The notes under the pieces are model-generated. The model saw only the letters and a list, made by a program, of their open reading frames with translations, did not search any database and was not told the origin of the DNA. Source: an uncultured Candidatus Saccharibacteria bacterium (GTDB lineage Bacteria > Patescibacteriota > Minisyncoccia > UBA6257 > 1-14-0-10-40-38). From it: DNA of 64,000 nt. Position 1 is the first letter of the stretch, and the number at the start of each line of letters is the position of its first letter. The position numbers and the translations under genes are program-made. Positions 55,543-64,000 of the stretch are shown one piece after another. Where the stretch lies: NCBI GenBank assembly GCA_964434715.1, contig CAYSWC010000001.1:35037-99036 (forward strand), given 5' to 3'.

Positions 55543-56391
55543 TTAATACCAGTTATAACCCCGATCCTGGGGTTTTACGCGACGGTAATTATAAAGATCA
55601 GAAGACATAATTTCCTTCAAGTGTTCCGGAAACTTGACGTAATTATCCCAGACCGCCGAGATAATTTTGCCGGTTAAGCCGTGAGCGGCGTCCGAGGCTA
55701 AAAACAAGACGAGGGTAGCCGCTTTCTCCGGCGAGACGCCGCCCTCGCTTTTTTGCTTGACGGCCCGATCGTAATTCGCTCGGCCAGCCTTCCCTGGCCC
55801 GGCATAAAGCAAATCATCAAGCATTTTGGTATTGACGGCTCCCGGCGCAATAGCATTCACATCAACACCCGAATCTTTAAGCTCGACCGCGACTGTTTCG
55901 GTTAAACGTCCGATACCGCCTTTAGAGGCCACGTAGGCCGAAAAGTTTGGATAAGCGCCGTCGCCGCCGCCCACAAAATTAATGATCCTGCCGCGCGACT
56001 TCATGAAAGGCGCCAAGGCTCTAATCATTAGGAAGGTACCGAAAAGATTAACTTCAATAACTTTTTTCCATTCCGCCGGCGAGGCCTCAAGAAGCGGACC
56101 AATAGGCCCCAAAATACCGGCGGCATTAACTAGAATATCAACATGGTTCCAAATTTCTTTGATTTTGCGGGCAATTAAATCAACTTCCTCTGCCCGGGAA
56201 ACATCGGCCGCCAGCGTCTCAACTCTCCCCAAATTTAATAATTCCCTCTGAGTTGCCTCCAATTCCCGAATGTCACGGGCAACTAAAAAAACGTCAGCTT
56301 GATTTTCCAAGAAGATTTTAGCAATCGCTTTGCCGATACCCCGACTGCCGCCGGTAATTACGGCTTTTCGGTTTTTTAATTTATCTTTCAT
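55543..56391 (-). CDS. SDR oxidoreductase
   Basis: TGGSRGIG, NAAG, YVASK and NAIAPG motifs. Confidence 0.92.
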   Translation of the reverse strand: MKDKLKNRKAVITGGSRGIGKAIAKIFLENQADVFLVARDIRELEATQRELLNLGRVETLAADVSRAEEVDLIARKIKEIWNHVDILVNAAGILGPIGPLLEASPAEWKKVIEVNLFGTFLMIRALAPFMKSRGRIINFVGGGDGAYPNFSAYVASKGGIGRLTETVAVELKDSGVDVNAIAPGAVNTKMLDDLLYAGPGKAGRANYDRAVKQKSEGGVSPEKAATLVLFLASDAAHGLTGKIISAVWDNYVKFPEHLKEIMSSDLYNYRRVKPQDRGYNWY

Positions 56392-57521
56392 TAACCTAAA
56401 ACGATCTTCTGTTGCTCTAAAAGACCCTTGCTTTGTTTTAAAAACTTTTTGGCCTCGGGGTATTGCTTAACCCAAGTAAGATATTCAAAAACATTGTCTC
56501 GCAAGGAATATTTCGGCTGCCAGCCGAGTTTTTTTAGCTTGCTTATATCCATAAGCTGATGGCGCGGTGCATTGAGTCGATACAGGCCGCCAATAAGGGG
56601 ATTATATTTAACTTGGGCGGCTGCCGACACTAACTTTGCTAGATCAAGAACGGTCGTCGGCTTGCCGCTACCGACATTAAAAGCCTCATAATCAGCTCGC
56701 TGATCCTCAAGAATCTTAATGAGGGCGCTCACGGTATCTTTAATATTTATAAAATCTCTGATTTGCCGACCGTCTTCATGAATACTCAGGGGCTCGCCCG
56801 AAAGAGCTTGAACCGAGAATGCCCGCAGGGCGCCGGAATAAAAATTGCGGAACGACTGACGAACTCCCTGCACGATAGAGAAACGCGCGATACTGGTTGG
56901 AACTTTATATATTTTCCCCAAAAGCACGGCTACTCGTTCAGCGGCTATCTTGGAAACACCGTAGGGAATTTGAGGTAAAGCAATATCGTCCTCTTTTTCG
57001 GCTACCGGCTGCATCCTAATTCCATCCTGAGGACAAATCATTTCCCACTGACGTTTTTTTAGCTGTTCTTGGCTGCGGGGCGCGAGATAAAGAACGCTGT
57101 GTCTCGGACACTTGTATTTGCCTTCGCCATAAACCGATTGTGATGATGCCAAGACGATTTTTTTAACCGGCAAACTCTGCTCTAAAATAATTTCATAAAG
57201 CCTGGCTGTACTGGCGGCGTTAGTCAAAAAATAAGTAGAGAAATCCAAATGATAGTCCATGTGGGCGGCCAGATGGAAAATATAGTTCACCTGGGTCATC
57301 GCTTTCATCAAATCCTTTTTATGCCGCACGTCTCCTTTGATAAATTCGGCTTTTTTATTAAACCATTCCGGCAGTTTACCGCTATGGGTTGGTTTAACTA
57401 AGTTATCTAAAACCCTCACTCGATAGCCGGAATCGAGAAGGGCATCAGTGAGATGCGAACCGATAAAACCGGCTCCGCCGGTTACCAAAGCCAATCCTTT
57501 AGTTTTATTGATTTTGCGCAT
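56391..57521 (-). CDS. NAD-dependent epimerase/dehydratase
   Basis: TGGAGFIG, ASSQSVYGEG, YGVSK and EDGRQIRDF motifs. Confidence 0.92.
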   Translation of the reverse strand: MRKINKTKGLALVTGGAGFIGSHLTDALLDSGYRVRVLDNLVKPTHSGKLPEWFNKKAEFIKGDVRHKKDLMKAMTQVNYIFHLAAHMDYHLDFSTYFLTNAASTARLYEIILEQSLPVKKIVLASSQSVYGEGKYKCPRHSVLYLAPRSQEQLKKRQWEMICPQDGIRMQPVAEKEDDIALPQIPYGVSKIAAERVAVLLGKIYKVPTSIARFSIVQGVRQSFRNFYSGALRAFSVQALSGEPLSIHEDGRQIRDFINIKDTVSALIKILEDQRADYEAFNVGSGKPTTVLDLAKLVSAAAQVKYNPLIGGLYRLNAPRHQLMDISKLKKLGWQPKYSLRDNVFEYLTWVKQYPEAKKFLKQSKGLLEQQKIVLG

Positions 57522-58512
57522 AAATTCTCTCTACAATTTTTAAAGCTTCGTAAGCATCGGTGCCTGTCGTAAGCGGCTGCCGGCGCGTCTTGATGGCTGA
57601 TACAAACTCTATTAATTCTCTTTTCAATGAATCCTCGGCTGTTTCCTGATTAAATTTAATCAGTCGCTCTCTGGGCGATTGTCCTGGAGTAAAACTACGC
57701 TTACCAATAATCAATCTTTCAGGGCCGCCGTAGCGAGTATCAAGGCCTTCAATAATAAGATAGCCGGCCGAACCCATAATCTCAAAAGAATGCATCCATT
57801 TCCATTGGGTCAAACTTACATGAATGGTCGCTACTTTACCGGCTGGGGTCTGTAAAAGCACAAAACCATTATCTTCCAGGCCGCTCTTATTCTTCCAGAA
57901 AAGATTGGGGGTAAAACCGATCGCCTCGCTAAACCCGCCCAAAAACCAGCGCGCCAGATCAATCATGTGAACGCCTTGATCTATGAGTTCTCCGCCGCCG
58001 GAAAGCCTCTTATTGAAGCGCCATTCTTTGTCATAGCCCGGCCGGCCGCCAAAGCCGTAGCGCGCTCTCACGAATAAAATATCGCCGATGCGACCTCGAT
58101 CAACTAAATCCTTGGCCTTTAAAAATCCCGGATGATAGCGGTGGTTAAAACCGATCATATAGCGAACGCCGCTTTTTTTAGCGGCGGCTCTCGCGGCCGC
58201 TATCTCTTCTACGTTTACGCCTCCGGGTTTTTCGCACAAAACATGTTTTTTAGCCAGCATCGCCGATCTGGATATGGGAGCCAGAAACTTATGCGGCGTG
58301 GCTATTATCACCGCGCTTATGCGAGGATGCTTTAGGATCGCTTTCCAGTCAGAAACTGCTTGGCAATTTTTATAAATACTCGCCAGACTCTCGGCTTTAG
58401 CGATATCTTTATCGGCAACTACGAACAATCGCACCGAACGAACGCCGCTTACTGCGCGGGCCCATTTAGAGCCCATGCCGCCGGCTCCGATTAAGCCCAA
58501 ATTAATTGCCAT
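57505..58512 (-). CDS. Gfo/Idh/MocA oxidoreductase
   Basis: GAGGMG, HVLCEKP, GFNHRY and GGGELIDQGVH motifs. Confidence 0.92.
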   Translation of the reverse strand: MAINLGLIGAGGMGSKWARAVSGVRSVRLFVVADKDIAKAESLASIYKNCQAVSDWKAILKHPRISAVIIATPHKFLAPISRSAMLAKKHVLCEKPGGVNVEEIAAARAAAKKSGVRYMIGFNHRYHPGFLKAKDLVDRGRIGDILFVRARYGFGGRPGYDKEWRFNKRLSGGGELIDQGVHMIDLARWFLGGFSEAIGFTPNLFWKNKSGLEDNGFVLLQTPAGKVATIHVSLTQWKWMHSFEIMGSAGYLIIEGLDTRYGGPERLIIGKRSFTPGQSPRERLIKFNQETAEDSLKRELIEFVSAIKTRRQPLTTGTDAYEALKIVERIYAQNQ

Positions 58513-58517
58513 AATGA

Positions 58518-59501
58518 TCAAAGAGTAACTGAAGTTACACGCGTTCCTTGATAATCAATATCAAAAGGGATATGCCGCAGTCCACGCTCCTCCAAAACTC
58601 GCTTCAGCTGTTTTATAGACCCCTCTCGGCAATAAAACATGAAATAGCCGCCACCGCCAGCTCCAAGAATCTTGCCTCCCAAGGCGCCATTTTGGAGAGC
58701 CAAATCGTAAATCTTATCAAAAGCTTCCGAACTGATTTTCCCGGACATACCCTTTTTAACCTGCCAATGCTCATCCAAAAGACGACCGAAATCGTCCAAA
58801 CGGCCGCTCGTAAACGCATCGAGAATCTGCCTACCGATTGTTTTTGTCCGGTGCTTTAATTCCAAAGCTTTCTCCCGGTTCTGCTCTAACAAAATCGGGA
58901 AACTGCGCCTCTTGACGCCGGTGTAAAAAATCAAGGTTTGCTTTAAAAATTGAGCGATCGCAGCTCGCGCAATCGGCGGATGCGAAGCAGTAACCGCGCC
59001 CGTGGAATCGATTTCTAAAACCGTAAAACCCCCGAGGGCGGCTAAATATGGATCCTGCTTGCCATCGGGCCAGTTGAGTCTTTGGGTAAGCTGAAATGAC
59101 TGTTCGGCCAAATCAGCTTGACTAACTTTCCTGCCCTCGAAAGTATGGAGAGCATTCAAGAGGCCGACGGCGCAGCTGCCGGATGAACCAAGTCCGGTGC
59201 CGGCCGGCGTTTCGGCCTTGAAAACCACATCAATATCATTGTTGATGCCGGCGAGCGCTAAGGCCTCTCGACCTAAATCATGGAGCAGCATTTCGCGGGA
59301 ACTCACGATCTCATAACGGGTGTATTGGAAATGGATATTATTGTCAATCACGGGCCGGCGAATGAAAACATCCATATAAATATTCACGGCCAGGCCGAAG
59401 ATAAAGCCGCCGAACTTTTGATAGTACGACGGCAAATCAGTAGACCCGCCGCCCAAAGGCAAGCGGAAAGGCGTGCGACTCATAATAATCATAAAAATCA
59501 T
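58518..59501 (-). CDS. GHMP sugar-phosphate kinase (HddA-like)
   Basis: RLPLGGGSTD, PAGTGLGSSG, GKQD and KILGAGGGG motifs. Confidence 0.92.
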   Translation of the reverse strand: MIFMIIMSRTPFRLPLGGGSTDLPSYYQKFGGFIFGLAVNIYMDVFIRRPVIDNNIHFQYTRYEIVSSREMLLHDLGREALALAGINNDIDVVFKAETPAGTGLGSSGSCAVGLLNALHTFEGRKVSQADLAEQSFQLTQRLNWPDGKQDPYLAALGGFTVLEIDSTGAVTASHPPIARAAIAQFLKQTLIFYTGVKRRSFPILLEQNREKALELKHRTKTIGRQILDAFTSGRLDDFGRLLDEHWQVKKGMSGKISSEAFDKIYDLALQNGALGGKILGAGGGGYFMFYCREGSIKQLKRVLEERGLRHIPFDIDYQGTRVTSVTL

Positions 59502-59558
59502 AATAGAGGATTATAAAAATTTTTGCAATAACTCGAATTTCATAGTATCATCCTAAAT

Positions 59559-60479
59559 ATGATTTCCGTCGTGGTGCCCCTCCGCAATGAGGAGAGTACT
59601 GTCAAAGAACTACACCAACGTCTGCTCCTCACGCTCGAGCGTCTCGGCCGGCCATTTGAGATTATCTTGATTGACGACGGTTCAACCGACCGTACCTTTG
59701 AGGTAGCCAAAACGGTTACGCCGGTAAAAATAATAAAATTCCGGAAAAACTTTGGGCAAACGGCGGCCATTGACGCCGGCATTCAGGCTGCCAAAGGAGA
59801 TATTATCGTGACTATTGACGGCGATCTCCAAAATGATCCGGATGATATCCCTCGCCTAGTTGCCAAATTGGAAGAGGGGTATGACGTCGTGGTCGGCTGG
59901 CGTAAGCACCGCCTCGATTCTCTCTTAAGAAGATTGTTTTCCCGCCTAGCTAATTGGATTACCTACCTCGTTACTCGGCTGTATCTCCACGACCATGCCT
60001 GCGCTCTTAAAGCTATGCGGGCGGAAATTTTTTCCGACATCCATCTCTACGGCGAAATGCATGTGTTTTTAGCTGCCTATCTCCATAGCCGAGGCGCCCG
60101 CGTCACCGAAATAACAGTTAGCCACCGGGCCAGGGGAACTGGTATTTCCAAATCTCATTTTACTAGGGCGGTCAAGGCTAATTTTGATCTGCTCACGCTC
60201 AGATTCTTAAGCACCTTATCCCGACCAATGGTGGTTTTTGGGAGCACCGGCGCCATCTTGTTTTTGATTGCTCTCTTAATCCTCGCGATAACGCCTTTCT
60301 TAGAAACTCGTGATTCGGATTCCTCCCTGCTCGCGCTTATTATCCTCACGGCGGTTTTTGTAGTGGGCGGTCTCATCTGCTTTATGATGGGCTTCTTAGC
60401 CGAGCTCATGCTCCGCATCTATTACGAAACCAAAGCTACCCGGCCTTATGTCATTAAGGAGGTGAGAGAAAATAAGTGA
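59559..60479 (+). CDS. GT2 polyprenol-phosphate glycosyltransferase (ArnC/GtrB-like)
   Basis: IDDGSTD, RKNFGQTAA and DGDLQNDP motifs; two C-terminal TM helices. Confidence 0.93.
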   Translation: MISVVVPLRNEESTVKELHQRLLLTLERLGRPFEIILIDDGSTDRTFEVAKTVTPVKIIKFRKNFGQTAAIDAGIQAAKGDIIVTIDGDLQNDPDDIPRLVAKLEEGYDVVVGWRKHRLDSLLRRLFSRLANWITYLVTRLYLHDHACALKAMRAEIFSDIHLYGEMHVFLAAYLHSRGARVTEITVSHRARGTGISKSHFTRAVKANFDLLTLRFLSTLSRPMVVFGSTGAILFLIALLILAITPFLETRDSDSSLLALIILTAVFVVGGLICFMMGFLAELMLRIYYETKATRPYVIKEVRENK

Positions 60480-60498
60480 CTGGGGCGGCGACTTTATC

Positions 60499-60520
60499 CC
60501 CCACCTATGCATAGGTGGGG
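60499..60520. terminator. Perfect 22-bp palindrome between convergent genes
   Basis: ccccacctatgcataggtgggg; no U-tract. Confidence 0.5.
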
Positions 60521-60522
60521 TG

Positions 60523-61545
60523 TTACGGCAGATAATCAAGAAGTTTAAAGATACCTTTTCGGGCGCCGCGCTGATGAATAGATCCGCCCTCTTTCATTTG
60601 CCCTTCACGAATATACCAATCGTAAGCTGACTTAAACATCTCTTCGTTGCTGTGCTTGGGCTGCCAACCAAGCTCGGTTTTTGCTTTAGTCACATCATAA
60701 TAGGTGTCTAAATGAAAAGTGCGGTAGTGGAGACTCACAAAAGGAGAAAGTCGCAAGAGATCAAGCAGTCCCAAGCCGAGTTGGGCGAGCGCCGTGGGCA
60801 CGAAGACAATCTTTGATCGGCTCCCCGCCTGCTTCACCAGGCCGGCGATGAGTTCTCCGAAACTGGAAAATCTATCAGTACCGATATTATAATCAGAAAA
60901 ATCTCCGTGCCGGCGGAGCGAGAGCGAGGCTTCGACTAAATCGTCCAGACTCACGTATTGGACCCGATTCCGGCCGTTGCCGATCAAATACACATTTTTC
61001 CCGGCCCGAATCCAGTCAAAGAGCAGTTTGAAGGTTCCCAAACGACCAGGCCCGACCACGGTGGCCGGACGAACAATCGAAACATTCAACCCCTGCTCTC
61101 GGAAAGCCCGGCACAACTCCTCGGCAGCATATTTTGACTTGCCGTAATAGCTAAACGGTTTTTGCGGATCGGTTTCTTTAATGGGCATCCTGGCCCTTAG
61201 ACCATAGACCGCGTGTCCGGAAGAATAATAAATGACTTTTTTCAGACCGTTCTTTTTAGCCGATTCAAGGATCTGGCGAGTTCCTTGAACATTAACTTCG
61301 TAAAAATCTTTTTTATCCCGAGAGAGGGGCAGAATTCCGGCCGCGTGATAAACCATTCGGCAACCTTTAAGAGCCTGCTCCACCACTCCCCGATCCCGAA
61401 CATTCCCTTTTATAAAAGCCACCCGAGACCGGATTTCGCTAGCCGGTGGAGCAAGGTCTAAAACCCGAACTGATTCGCCGTCGTGAACTAAGCGTTTTAC
61501 CAAGGCCGAGCCTAGGAATCCTGAACCGCCGGTAACACAAATCAT
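60523..61545 (-). CDS. NAD-dependent epimerase/dehydratase
   Basis: TGGSGFLG, YGKSK and RPATVVGPG motifs. Confidence 0.92.
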   Translation of the reverse strand: MICVTGGSGFLGSALVKRLVHDGESVRVLDLAPPASEIRSRVAFIKGNVRDRGVVEQALKGCRMVYHAAGILPLSRDKKDFYEVNVQGTRQILESAKKNGLKKVIYYSSGHAVYGLRARMPIKETDPQKPFSYYGKSKYAAEELCRAFREQGLNVSIVRPATVVGPGRLGTFKLLFDWIRAGKNVYLIGNGRNRVQYVSLDDLVEASLSLRRHGDFSDYNIGTDRFSSFGELIAGLVKQAGSRSKIVFVPTALAQLGLGLLDLLRLSPFVSLHYRTFHLDTYYDVTKAKTELGWQPKHSNEEMFKSAYDWYIREGQMKEGGSIHQRGARKGIFKLLDYLP

Positions 61546-61563
61546 AGTTTGCTAAAGTTAGAC

Positions 61564-62427
61564 TTAAACGGGTTTGCGACCGATGTAATAAAACCCGGCG
61601 GCGAGATCGCCCGCTCGCTTGTAGCTTATAAAAATGAGATCCAGCAGCTTTAAGGGGAAAGTTACTAAAACCATGATGAGCCAAATAAAATCTTTTAATA
61701 ATTTGCTATTGAAGGAGAGCACTAAGGAAACCCATTCTTGAATTACCAAAAGCAATGCCGCCGTCGGGCCAGCATTGGGTTCTAACTCTAAAAGTTCAAA
61801 GTCTTCGAGCAGGACTCTTAAACCGTCAGCTGTCCAGCGATGGTAATCGTGGGGTGAAGAATGATAAGGAATGATAAAGTTGGTGGCAAGATAAAGATAG
61901 CCGCCCGGCTTTAAAACCCGGAAGATTTCAGAGATCACTTTATCAGGATATTTCAAATGTTCAATCGTCCAAGTGGTAATAACCCCGTCAAGACTATTAT
62001 CAAGAAAAGGCAGATCGTGGGCGTCAGCTATAATATCAACATTAGCCCACGGATAAATGTCAACATTAATGACGTTGGGGCCGGCTTTTTTACTGCCCGA
62101 ACCAATATCAATTACCAGCGCCTTGGGCGGCAACATTTTGAGGATTGCCCGAGGTGATTTGCCTAAAAATAATGCTGGGCTTAAAACGTAGAAGAGTGTG
62201 GTATAGAGCGGGGAAAATTTTCTCAGCAACGTCTTGAGCCGATTTAAAAAACCGGCATCTAAATCTTCTCTAAACCTCTTAAAATTCTTATCGGCGAGGA
62301 GAAGCGGTTTGCCGTCAATCATCTCAAATGCCGCTCCGCAAGCCGGGCAAGTATATTTTCCTGCTTGCAAAACCAGCTGTTTACGGCAATGAATGCATCG
62401 CAAGCTCAAAAAGTCAAGATTGGTCAC
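61564..62427 (-). CDS. Class I SAM methyltransferase with N-terminal zinc ribbon
   Basis: CIHC..CPAC, DIGSG, DAHDLPF, RVLKPGG and PHDYHRWT motifs. Confidence 0.9.
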   Translation of the reverse strand: MTNLDFLSLRCIHCRKQLVLQAGKYTCPACGAAFEMIDGKPLLLADKNFKRFREDLDAGFLNRLKTLLRKFSPLYTTLFYVLSPALFLGKSPRAILKMLPPKALVIDIGSGSKKAGPNVINVDIYPWANVDIIADAHDLPFLDNSLDGVITTWTIEHLKYPDKVISEIFRVLKPGGYLYLATNFIIPYHSSPHDYHRWTADGLRVLLEDFELLELEPNAGPTAALLLVIQEWVSLVLSFNSKLLKDFIWLIMVLVTFPLKLLDLIFISYKRAGDLAAGFYYIGRKPV

Positions 62428-62471
62428 GGTGTAAGTATTCTAAAAACTTATATTTAAAGAGTCAAACCAAG

Positions 62472-62495
62472 AAAAAGCCGCCCCATGGGAGCGGC
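62472..62495 (-). terminator. Intrinsic terminator of solo unit F
   Basis: aaaaa-gccgc..gcggc. Confidence 0.7.
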
Positions 62496-62506
62496 GAAGA
62501 ACTTCT

Positions 62507-63370
62507 CTACGGTCTGAGGTGCCGTACGGTTTCACGGTGTGGCCACGGGAGTACCAGCGGCGTGCCCTCCAGGAGGCAGAGTTGCTGATCTACGCCCCAC
62601 TGATTGAGAATTGGCACATAAACGGCATAGAGCCAGCGAGACTGTTTGATCACGGCGCCGATCATGTAATCAGGCGCCAGGCCTTGGTCGCTCCGGAATC
62701 GATCGGCATAGAGTTCCGTGATGCGTCCAAGTAATTCTCCCAGAGATTCTCCGGGAAAATCCGGCAGAGAAAGCCCGGGTTTCCGAACGATAAAGCATTG
62801 ACCAGCGCGTATGCCTCCAACGAATGCCGCCAGTCCATGGTGTTCAAATAAACGCAGCGATGGATTTTTCTTCCATGCCTCTCTGAGTTCAAACTCGACC
62901 TCTTTCTCACTCTCGGGCGCGGCTCGAGAGGAAGGAGGTTTATAGAAATTCCAGTGAAGATGAGACTGGGTTTGTCCGGCTAAAGCGCCGACATGAACAG
63001 CAACGTAAAGGCGCTCGGAAGGCGTTCCGCTCCGGCGAACCTGACGATCGACAACATTCAAGGCGCTTAGAATGCCGGCGCGTCCGCCCAAACGCCTCAT
63101 CCGATCTTTGTCCCAATGCTCTTTAGGGAGGACCATCCGATGAAACGAAAGTGGAGTGAAAAGGTTTTCGATAATTCCCCACCATTCTCCACCCTCACGT
63201 TCAAAACCGACTTCCTTTTGTACACGAGTGCATAACTGACACTCTGCCGGATCGCCTTCAATATCTCTCTGCCAAGGCCTTCTGAGCTTAACCTGTGTCC
63301 GCGTTCCGCCGGAAAAAGTTTCTAGTCCGCCGGGCCAACACTCAAGAAAAACGGGTTTCACTCCGTCCAC
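62507..63370 (-). CDS. GC-richer HIT/GalT-superfamily protein
   Basis: CQLC, IIENLFTP, HRMVLPKEH and GALAGQTQSHLHWN motifs; GTG start with AGGAGGTG. Confidence 0.68.
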   Translation of the reverse strand: MDGVKPVFLECWPGGLETFSGGTRTQVKLRRPWQRDIEGDPAECQLCTRVQKEVGFEREGGEWWGIIENLFTPLSFHRMVLPKEHWDKDRMRRLGGRAGILSALNVVDRQVRRSGTPSERLYVAVHVGALAGQTQSHLHWNFYKPPSSRAAPESEKEVEFELREAWKKNPSLRLFEHHGLAAFVGGIRAGQCFIVRKPGLSLPDFPGESLGELLGRITELYADRFRSDQGLAPDYMIGAVIKQSRWLYAVYVPILNQWGVDQQLCLLEGTPLVLPWPHRETVRHLRP

Positions 63371-63447
63371 GTATCCACCTCCTAGGTAATCTGGGTTTGG
63401 CTATGAAGAACTGTGAATAAAGTAGCATAATTACCATACCCTGTCAA
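63371..63447 (-). promoter_or_regulatory. Promoter, boxA-like motif and SD (solo unit F)
   Basis: TTGACA 63447-42, 17 nt, (TGC)TACTTT 63424-19; AGTTCTTCA 63412-04; AGGAGGTG 63383-76. Confidence 0.78.
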
Positions 63448-63498
63448 TATGTAACTTCTTGCCCTCCACTAATCAATGGTGACTTCTTAATTATAAAA

Positions 63499-63999
63499 TT
63501 AAGTTGCGAAAATAATTTTGCTGCCTTCATGGGTAAAATGAAATGGATATTCTGGCGCACCCATTTTATTTAACCCTAATGCGATTTTCTTTTTAGTCTT
63601 AAGATCTGGGCAAAAAAAGTAAATAAATCCCCCGCGCCCGGCTCCAACAATAGTTCCGCTCAAGGCACCCAATATCTTACCTTTGGCTATTAAATCATCA
63701 ATACGTTCATTACTATTATCAAAGACTTTCTTCTCGATCTCCCATAAGTCGTTAACAAGATTGCCAAATTCAAAAAAATTCTCTTGCGCTAATGCAAATT
63801 TCATCCTGGCACCCACATCTCTAAAAGCGTGTAACCCTTGAATGGTTTCCGGATGGAGTGTTTGCAGCCTTTTTGAAACGGAAGAAAGCGCCTTTGATGC
63901 TGAATGGTTCATTCCGCTGTAAACTAAAAGCAAATGATTTTCTAATTCCTTTTGTTTGGCTGGTGAGGGCCGAAGTTTTTTTATGACAACCCTGCCGTT
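63499..63999 (-). CDS. Second GHMP kinase, C-terminal part (runs off the window)
   Basis: LLLVYSG, SNERID and GAGRGGFIYF motifs; frame is open to the window edge. Confidence 0.85.
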   Translation of the reverse strand, partial: NGRVVIKKLRPSPAKQKELENHLLLVYSGMNHSASKALSSVSKRLQTLHPETIQGLHAFRDVGARMKFALAQENFFEFGNLVNDLWEIEKKVFDNSNERIDDLIAKGKILGALSGTIVGAGRGGFIYFFCPDLKTKKKIALGLNKMGAPEYPFHFTHEGSKIIFAT

Positions 64000-64000
64000 A

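Noticed and set aside
45541-59501. Secreted antibiotic (aminoglycoside or lincosamide) gene cluster
   Set aside because: The genes are interleaved with Wzx-, neu- and GT-type surface-glycan genes, with no evident resistance gene, regulator or NRPS-like condensation enzyme. A surface glycan is more parsimonious.
1-64000. Alternative genetic code (UGA read as Gly or Trp)
   Set aside because: TGA ends rpiB, DUF192, trmH and others at natural C-termini, and conserved genes are uninterrupted in code 11.

Overview
This 64 kb bacterial window uses standard code 11. Gene content and repeat style suggest a Patescibacteria/CPR (Parcubacteria-like) genome; that is an inference, with no marker gene in view. 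Bases 1-13 kb hold pentose-phosphate/glycolysis genes (split transketolase N-subunit, rpe, rpiB, gap), a RelE-type toxin-antitoxin module flanked by a duplicated rpiB 5' end, and a thiol-redox group. Bases 13-64 kb are one large, mostly minus-strand surface-glycan region. It contains a priming transferase, Wzx, an O-antigen-ligase/TPR protein, neuABC, gmd plus a C-methyltransferase, a heptose/octose-type block with its own transaldolase, Acs-ACP-AcpS, inositol-1-P synthase, two DegT-like enzymes, a FemAB-like transferase and five related GT-B proteins. The main unexplained pattern is six GC-richer, single-gene units. Each has a -35/17 nt/-10 promoter, a leader with a boxA-like motif (GYTCTTY-type, degenerate in one), a strong Shine-Dalgarno and its own terminator. 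The surrounding genes checked are mostly SD-less or leaderless, and several of the six sit beside a homologous or pathway-matched resident gene. Many short palindromic or periodic repeats occur between genes and in frame inside them. Three small ORFs missed by the ORF track were found. No rRNA, tRNA, CRISPR array, transposase or integrase was recognised. All calls come from reading the sequence by eye; no searches were run.
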